Below are positions 55,716-64,000 of a DNA stretch of 64,000 nucleotides, piece after piece. A program made the translations under genes and the position numbers. This DNA is from Vicugna vicugna (taxonomy: Eukaryota). How positions within the stretch are numbered: the stretch's first letter is position 1; each line of letters opens with the position of its first letter. The stretch is taken from the NCBI GenBank assembly GCA_013265495.1, contig MU058213.1, positions 558,001-622,000 on the forward strand. Reading direction: 5' to 3'. The notes under the pieces are model-generated. The model saw nothing but the letters and a program-made list of their open reading frames with translations, was not told the origin of the DNA and searched no databases.

Positions 55716-58700
55716 TATTTAAAATATATCCATGAGTTTGGAAAATGAGTACATTTCCTATGATAATTTGCACTTACATTGAGGAAAAAGAACAGAAGAA
55801 AGGTAATGAGTCAGAAACTATTTCTCAGGACTGAAGTGCAGTTGGTCGTCTTGAAACCATTTCTCTTGAATCTAAGGTTAGGTTCAGGGACTAACTTCTT
55901 TGAATAGGCAGGATTTAGGTTCCTCCCTGAAGCTTATTAAGGGTTACCAGGAAGCCGTGTCCTTAAAAGACCTAAGCAGCAGACCAGATGAGGTCGGTGA
56001 GCTCCACTCTGGAAAAGCCAGAACATCCGTTCCGGGTGGGGTGGTTGGGGTGGGGTGGCGAGGGGTGTGGAATTAGAAGGAACAAAGAAACGAGGACACA
56101 AACAGGGGGGGCGGGGGCGCTGTGGGCGTGGATGTTAGCTCAGGCAGCTGAGTAAGTACCAGTGACGTGCAGCAAGGAGAGCAAACAAATTGAAAATGAG
56201 AAGTATGAGGAAGGAGGGAAAAGAGGAAAATATATTAAAGAGACAAAGGGAAAGGGAGAACCATCTACAAGAGAAGAGGATGAAGAAAAAAATTATAAAG
56301 AGCATAAAAATGTAGCACTAAGCTGGGAATACTGAAACAAAAATGAGAAAACTCTCCAACAGTTTAACCAAAGAGACAGACAAAAATGGAGATTTTCAGA
56401 CTCCCATGCCAGTCAGTATTTTTATAAATCAGATGGAATCACTAAAACAGATTAGGCAAACACAAAAGGTAGCTGAGAATTTCACTTTACAGTAAAACTA
56501 CTCATTGCATCTTTTCACTAGATTTCCTTATTCAACTGGTTGTTTTAACATCGTGTGAGAACACAACATAAATGAAGGGATATCGTCTCACCATCAGATG
56601 GGAACCCTGCATGCAGGCATTTTCTGGCCCTCAGCGTACTTCATCTAATCCAGAAAGGATTACCAAAAGGAGATACACTATATTTCATGCTTGCAATTGC
56701 AAAAAAGCATTACTGCATTAAAACCCTTAACAGTAATATGGCAAAAGGCCACAAGATGGTGACGGTATACCCTGAAGAGACCTCGTTCTTCTGCAAGATA
56801 AAACACACTCTCTTTCTCTCTCTCTCTTTCTCTCACTAGTTTTTCCTTAGCAAAAAATTGACGGTGGGGGGCTCTGCTGTGAAGGAGAGAAGAGATTTGA
56901 AAACCACTTAACTTTCTTTTCTTTTTTTTTAAAACACCTTTATTGTGGTATGGTTCCTGTACAGTAAACTACACATATTTCAGATGTACACTTTGATGAC
57001 TTTTGATAGATGTATACACCAATGAAACCACTACCACAATCAAGATAGCTAACATTTCCATCATTCCCCAGAGAGGTGCAATTTTTGAATTTCCAGTTTA
57101 TCCTTTCCCACCCCCTGTAACAACTAGTGACCATAAATTTGTTCGCTATGTCTGTGAGTCTTTTTCTAGAAAAACATTAACTTTAGATAGTAATCAAAAC
57201 ACTTTTTATAACAAAATTTAGAAATATTTATCCATTTGGTTTCTCTTTTTTCCCATTTTAGAAAAAACAAGCAGTGCTTATAAGACTGGCAAACATTAAG
57301 GAAATATTTTTCAGCTATAGGCACTGATTTTTGCATATCTACTGATACAGTGATACACTTAAATACAGTAACTGTTATCTTTTCAGGAAATTTAAATTTT
57401 TTTCTTGGGCTCCATAGAATGAAATTTCCTTAAAGAGTCCAGTGAAGATTTCATTTCTTTGACTGCAGTTTATTTCCTTACTCATTAAGGAAATGACAGG
57501 CAGGGTTAATCCCATACCTTAAATGGGTGTGACTCTGTAGGTTAATAATGAGTCATATTGATGGATGGATACATTTAACTTTACAACATGTAAACACACA
57601 CACACACGCACACACGTATGTACTTTTAATCTGCTACTTAAAACAGAAACAAAATTTGGGTGGGAGAATAGGGTAGAATCCTGGACCTAAAAATCCCAAA
57701 GAAGTAACTAAAGGGTAAATAGCCTGAAGGTTATTTGAGAGCCTGTGTTTGCATTTTTTACAACAAAATTGCACCACCACTGTTATAATTCACAAAGCAA
57801 ATGAATAAAAATGCCAATTTGAAAAAACAAAGATTTTTAAAAGAATATGTAAATACATGGGAGGTTACTTATGACACGTCAAGTCAAAATTGTATGTCAC
57901 AAAAAAGTATCTTGTATTATCTCAATTTCTTTTAAAAAATATGCGTGTACATTCCTTTGCACAGGAAAATGTCTGAAAGGAGATATGCCAAAATGTACAT
58001 GGTAGTTATAGCTGAGTGATGGAATTCTGATTTTATTTTTTGTTTTATTTTTCAACATTTTCCATGTTTTCTATAAAAGCTTTTGTAGTTGTATAATGCT
58101 TTTATAATCAGAAAAGATATCAGTATCTGTGAAATACTTAACCCTGCTATCACTGCTTAGAAAGCAACTTCTTCCCTTTGGGATTGCTATTACTACAATC
58201 AGAGCATATGGCTCACTTAAAACGTGGATAAATGGAATCTTTCATCTTTTTCCCCCTCAACACTAAAAGGATGAATTCGTTTTTATTTATGTGGCCCGGG
58301 ATCTGGAAATATACATACATATTTCCTAACCCTTAAAAGAAAAATTCCCCAGTCTCTTAGTTTATCAGTTACTGCCATAGACTTTATTTTTTTGCCCAGA
58401 TTATTGTAACAGCCTGCTCTCTCTCTCTCTCTCTCTTTGTTTCCATTTCTCCCCTCAGTACAGTCCACGCTGTAATTAGAATGGATTAGGGAGATCTAGA
58501 TGCATGTTGCCAAAAGATTAGTCATCTTAAAATATGGTTTTCTTTTTCATTTTGCTCAAAAGTCTTTAATGGCAGGTGGCAAAAGAATATTTACAGCATG
58601 ATTCCATTTCTGTAATAATTATATAAACAATATTACCATAGGTACAGAAAAAATCTGGAAGAATGTATTTCAAGTTGTTAGCAACGCTTTTCTCTGGGGG

Positions 58701-59336
58701 TAGTGAAATTATAGGGGAATTTTACATTCTAATTTTTATGTCTCTGAAGTATTTTAAGAAAAGCATAGATTACAGATTTTATACTGCAAAGAGAAGTAAC
58801 AGTGAAGGCAGAATTCTTTATTGAATGCCCAATCCCCAGCAAATGAAATCTGAACTCCTCACCTTTTTTCCAAATGCCTGCCTTCAAAATCTGCCTGGTC
58901 AATAAAACCCAGTCAAATCCATATCCCTCACAGAGCACTCGCTTTTCTGAATTTCTGCAGCTCTTCCTGTCCTTGGTATTTATCTTTGTACTTTATCACA
59001 TGTTAGGTCATAACATTATGTAAACTCTTTCTTAATTAATTTATAGATATGTAAGGATGGAGTTTATGTTTATTCTTTATGTCCCCTCAAAGTCAGTAAA
59101 CAATACTAGAAGCACAGCAGATGGTCCCTAAATGTTTATTAAATTGTTTTGAGACCCAACATCTAAGTCATTGAAAAGGATATGAAAAGTTGTTTTCTTA
59201 GAGACAGACACCCACAGGGAAAAATCTATTAGGAAGAAAAGAAAGAATACAATCGGAGTTGAAAGTATATACATATGTAGGCTAAAGCCAGGGAGCAGTG
59301 AAAAGAAAGTATAGAAACATTTGAGATGGAAGATGC

Positions 59337-59808
59337 TGTATTAGTTTCCTGTGGCTGCTGTAGCAAATTATCATGAAGTTTAATGGTTTAAAACAACAGA
59401 AATGTATACTTTCACATTACTGGAGGCCAGAAGTTTATCAGTTTCACTGGGTTGAATAAAAGTGTCAGCAAGGCTGTGTTCCCTCCAGAGACAATAGGAC
59501 AATCTGTTTCTTGCTTCTTTCAGCTTCTAGTGGCTGCCGGTTCTCCTTGGCTTGTGTCCACACCACTCCAATCTCTGCCTCCATAGTCATATCGCCTTCT
59601 CTTCTGTGTGTCAAATCTTCTGTCTTCCTATTCTAAGGATGCATGTGATTACATTTAGGTCCTGCTCAGATAATCCAGAATAATCTCCCTATCTTAAAAT
59701 CCTTAATCACACCAGCAAAGTCCTCTTTTGTCATACAAGATAACATCCACAGAGTCCAGGGATTGGGACATAGACATCTTTTGGGGGACCTCAACTCAGC
59801 TTACCACA
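59337..59808 (-). mobile_element. MaLR solo LTR (MLT1B/C-like)
   Basis: TGTATTAGTTTCCTGTGGCTGCTGTA...AAACAACAGAAAT...CTGGAGGCCAGAAG...CCTTAATCACA. Confidence 0.8.
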
Positions 59809-61549
59809 GATACCTGTCAGAAGGAGTTCTATTACTTAACAGGAAAGCTCTTCTTGGTCCCTAACCTTTCTTTCTCTACTCAGTTCTTTCAATTTCAAGG
59901 CATGACATAGAGAGAGAAGCTTAAAATTCTTTAAACTCCCAACTCTTAAAACTTGGTGCAATAGCTACCTGGCCTCTAGGGATAAATAGAGGTCTAAAAG
60001 CAGTAAGATCAAGCAGTAGAAGAAGAACATTAAAAGTCCGTGTTTTTTGACTCCTGAACACAGCAAGCTTAGCAGTGACAGCCTAGGGAAGAGGAACGCT
60101 CTAAGACTAATTTGGTGAAGTCATTCATTGCACATCTATAGTGTGCTATTATCGCCTGCAAAAGAAGGATACAAAAGACTTGGAAGACACCTCTGAGGCA
60201 AAGAGTTTACAATCTAATGACTGCCCTTGCAATAAAGAGTTAAATGGAGGAAAAAAATATGACAAAGCAGCCCAGATTTTTGATAATGCCCTACTTTAGA
60301 ACAGATTATGAGAATCCAAGCTAAGACCAACACAAAAGAAGCAGGTCGGTCTCCTACTGGAGTTACATAATTCCTGTGGGGAGTGAGGAATTGGGGCCAT
60401 CTCTCTGCAGGGGAAAATATGATTTTATTCACTATGCAAAGCAATGCATATGTTCCAGAGACAATGTCAATATTTAATAACTTCAAAAGCCAGAATGGTG
60501 TACCATTTGGGCAGGATAAAAATATAGGCCTGAATAGGCAAATATGAATTTGCTTTGAGATTAGATTGTAGGTCCTGGTATACTAATACAACCTATTGCA
60601 TCATGTTGAGAAAAAGGTAAACACATTCACTTTCTTGTCCTTTAGATAATAAAAGTAAACATCTTTCTCTTCAATGAGGGAGAATATTTCGGTCTCATGC
60701 CAGAAAAAACTACTAGGAATTTTGTTTTGAAGAATACACTAATTTAAAGGAAAAATTAATAATATTAATGTAAAAAAATAATATTAATGTAAAGTATATA
60801 AACCTTTATTATCTTTCAACTCAACAGACATCTGTAGAGTCTCTATTATTTGCAAGACCTCCCGGGAGAAAAGAAATGAAAAAGAAATGGTATCTATAAC
60901 CAGGGAACTAATTTCCCATCTCCTAGCCATGATAATTATAATATGTCAGAACAGGATATATGTTGTGGATGTTCTATGGGGGTCCAGGATTGGGGATATT
61001 TGCAAAGACTTTGGTGGGAGGTAGCACGTGATGTGTACTTTGCAGGATGTAGGGCTTTGGTCTTTGGAGGAGCAATGAGAAGATAGTCCAGGCAGAAGCT
61101 CCAGCGTGAATAAAGGCACACAGATAGAACAGCTTGGGGCATATTTGAAGAGAAGGGAATAATCCATTCCTACTGGAATCTGGGATCTAAATAGCTTTAG
61201 GACCTTTGAAGTAGCTTCCTATGGAAAAGAGTCTAGCAGAAAGTTAGAAGCAACTAAGGATCTATTTAAACTAACCTAGCAAAATTCACAGAGTTCTGAT
61301 AGGAAGAGAGAAAAAGGAAACAGGGAAGAGAAATTAGAAGTCTTGAAGCAAGCTACCCTTTTCTCAAATATGCAGGCCCATATTTATATTATCCTGAAAA
61401 CCCCACTGAGAAGAATGGTGAGAGGGGAATTTTCAGTTGAGCAGCCCGTTGTGTATTGAACTATATGGTTCTAGTGGAGGAGACAGTGGCCCTCACAGAT
61501 AGGGAACAGGCTGAGCAGGCAGGCTTGGCTCTCTCAGCAAATATGAGTT

Positions 61550-63110
61550 TAACAGACATGATGACAGAAATAAAGCTACTCTGGGTAAGAGGCCAGCCTG
61601 GTTCAGGTGTCAGAGCCCAAGACAGGTGAGAAGGGCATCTGCGTGGAGGGTGGCCTGACTGGGATGAGGAGCATGTCTCCACAAGGAGGGGGATACCAGT
61701 GTGGTACCCTGAGCAGAGTGAGGCCCTGCAGAAGGGCAGCCTGGTGCCAGGTGTTGGAACCCAACAGGGGTTAAGATAACTATCCATATGAGGCAGGGGC
61801 AGGGAGAGGAGGCCTAGAGTGGTGCAGAGATGAAGCTCAGTGAAGAGGGCATACAAGGAAGGCTATCTGGCACAGGTGTCAGAGTCAGATCAGGGTGAGG
61901 CGGGTGACTGTGGTCCAGCTCCGGGCACTGGAGCCCAGGCAAGATAAAGAAGGTATCTGGGCAGAACAGCGGCCCAGTGCAGGGTGAAGAGTTGTCCACA
62001 CTGAGGGGAAGGGGCAATCATAAGAGATTGTTTATACACAGAAGCACTGATGAAATAAATAGTCATATTAAGGATAATGGAAGTTAGATTTCTCACTGGT
62101 AGAGATGGTAGTTACAATATATGAAGAGTGAGAAACTAGCATGAAGTAGTTGGTGTTGGACTGGAGTTGGAGGTATCGGCGTGAACTCATGATTCTGAAT
62201 ATATAGAGATACAGAAATAAATAGAGATGTAAAATGTGTTTGTGTAAATATATATGTAAATTTATATACATAAATACACATATACACATACAGACATGTA
62301 TTTCATATAGTCCCTAGATCTGTCCACGGAAAGGACCTAAAAACAGTGACACTTTAATAGCAATGAGCACACCTAATGCTGAGATCTTAGTTTCTGAATG
62401 CCATTCTCCACCAAAAGGAACCAGAGCTCCTTGGAGAAATGGCTGATTCCAGAGCTGAGGCAGGAAAAGTATAAAATCAGCTTGGACCGTCTTGTGCAGC
62501 AAGAGAAGTGTAAAAGGATGATGGAGATATGTTAAAAGGATAAAGAAGCCAACTTGAAAGGGATTCCACTGACCAAATGTGGAACAGTTTGAGTGTCAAA
62601 ATAATGACAATAATGGATCATGGTCCATTGAATAAAATAGGAATTCCTTGGCCAGTATGGATATAAATAGGAAGTTTGATGAAGAATGGGATATTTACAT
62701 AGCCTCAAAGTACTTCCATACAAAATACTTAATTACAAAAGGAAAAAAGAGTAACCTGACAGTAGCAAAGCCTGGCAGATGCAACTTTAATCAAGTTAGC
62801 ATTACCACTGACAGGACAGATTGAAGTCAAGGGCCACCTGATGAAGAATGTCAAGGTCATGAAAGCAAAGGCTAGTGAACCATTCAAGATTGAAGAAGAC
62901 TGAAGAGACAATTAAATACAACACATAATTTCTGGGCAGGATCCTTTTACTGTAAGAAGGACATTATTGGGACCATTGACTAAATTAGAATTAGCGTCTG
63001 AAAATTAGATAGTAACATATCAGTGTTAAATTCCTGATTTTATTATAGCAGTGGGGTTATCTAGATGAGTGTTCATTCGTTAAAAATATATACTAAAGCA
63101 TTTGGGATAA
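61550..63110 (+). mobile_element. L1MC-like 3' UTR with degenerate internal repeats
   Basis: Recurrent GGTGTCAGAGCCC...GGTGAG units, then TAGCAATGAGCACACCTA...CCATTCTCC...AAATGGCTGATTCCAG. Confidence 0.65.
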
Positions 63111-63124
63111 TGAGCATTTTCACA

Positions 63125-64000
63125 CTGTAGGCTCTGCAGGAAGAAGACTGAGTCAGAGTTTAGTGTCCAGGATGTTTACCAGGAAGTGCCTTTGGGATCA
63201 ACACCTGTGGAAGGGAAGAGACGGAAGCAGGCTTAGACGGAAGGAAAAGCAAGCTGCGTATAAGGAAGGCTCAGTAGCCTGAACTGACCCCACGAGGAAC
63301 TCTGGAGCTGCAATGGCTCTTCAGTGCTGTCCCAAACCAGGGTGGAATGGCTGGGCTTTAAAACCATGCTTTGATCAGCTAATGGATGTGGGCTGTCCTC
63401 AACGGGCCGTGAAATGTGATTAAGCAGCTCTCTGGTAGCTGGGACGAGAAGTTCTTCTGCAAAGAGACATCTTAGTGGCTCATCTCCATGTTCATTCCCT
63501 GTGCTACTCTCAGATGCATTTCTTCATATATGCTGAGGGGTAGCTTCTTCAGGTTTCTGATGAGCCTCTCCTCCTGGGGAAATTTAGAAGAGAAATGTTT
63601 GTAGGACAAACTACAGCCCTCTCTGCTGCAGCTGGTCTTGGTGCTACAATCGAAACTAACAGCCCCTCTTCTCAACTATCCTTTCTAAATTCCTCTCCTT
63701 CTCAGCCGCCATTTATCTTGGCCTCAGTGACTTCTCTGGGGCATAATGTAGATTCGAATCCCAGAGAGGGCTGTGTTCCTGGTCACTGTGTCTCCCCTGC
63801 ATTATCCATTTACTATTGCCACTGGGCAAGAGAATAAAAAGAAGCATCCAAGTAGATCATCTGGGTGCTAAAACATTTTTCCCTACCCTTATTGTATAAC
63901 AACAGACCTAAGTCCTTCTGATGATGAGGGTTAATTCCCCTGCTAAGGTGGTTCCTCTATTTCCACTCTACTTATCCCTGATACTAGGAGCCTAAAGTGC
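63125..64000 (-). mobile_element. ERVL-class element: LTR16-like LTR (~63125-63640) with adjoining internal sequence carrying a dUTPase remnant
   Basis: GGGATCAACACCTGTGGAAGG...GGAAGCAGG LTR16-like motif; minus strand encodes HFRLL...TLAG/INPHHQKDLGLLLYN. Confidence 0.65.

Noticed and set aside
61590..62000. Spaced degenerate repeats suggesting an array
   Set aside because: Consistent with internal repeats of old L1MC 3' UTRs and contiguous with L1 sequence; not CRISPR-like
51300..63100. Exons of the next syntenic gene (MAPK6)
   Set aside because: No kinase-like coding sequence or second CpG island is seen in this part of the window

Overview
Mammalian genomic DNA, most likely camelid, judging from the tRNA-derived Vic-1-like SINEs. 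It contains the complete LEO1 gene (PAF1 complex subunit) on the minus strand: 12 coding exons from ATG 50934 to TGA 18164, 2001 nt (666 aa), all introns GT-AG, with a CpG-island promoter near 50.6-51.2 kb. The first ~4.6 kb looks like the 3' UTR of the convergent neighbour TMOD3. The main finding lies between the two genes (5.4-13.9 kb): an intron-containing tandem duplicate of LEO1 exons 4-12. Its exons 4'-9' keep LEO1's exon lengths and splice sites and form 226 uninterrupted codons from a strong-Kozak ATG (13681), about 81% identical to the Leo1 domain by hand count. It lacks the acidic N-terminal ~310 aa and has a frameshifted C-terminus that still ends in the last exon. The two copies share a ~600-bp mostly intronic tract at ~95% identity plus short identical patches, which suggests gene conversion. 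The duplicate also carries its own CpG island with an NRF1 site. The rest is intronic or intergenic DNA rich in L1, SINE, MIR, LTR and DNA-transposon remnants.
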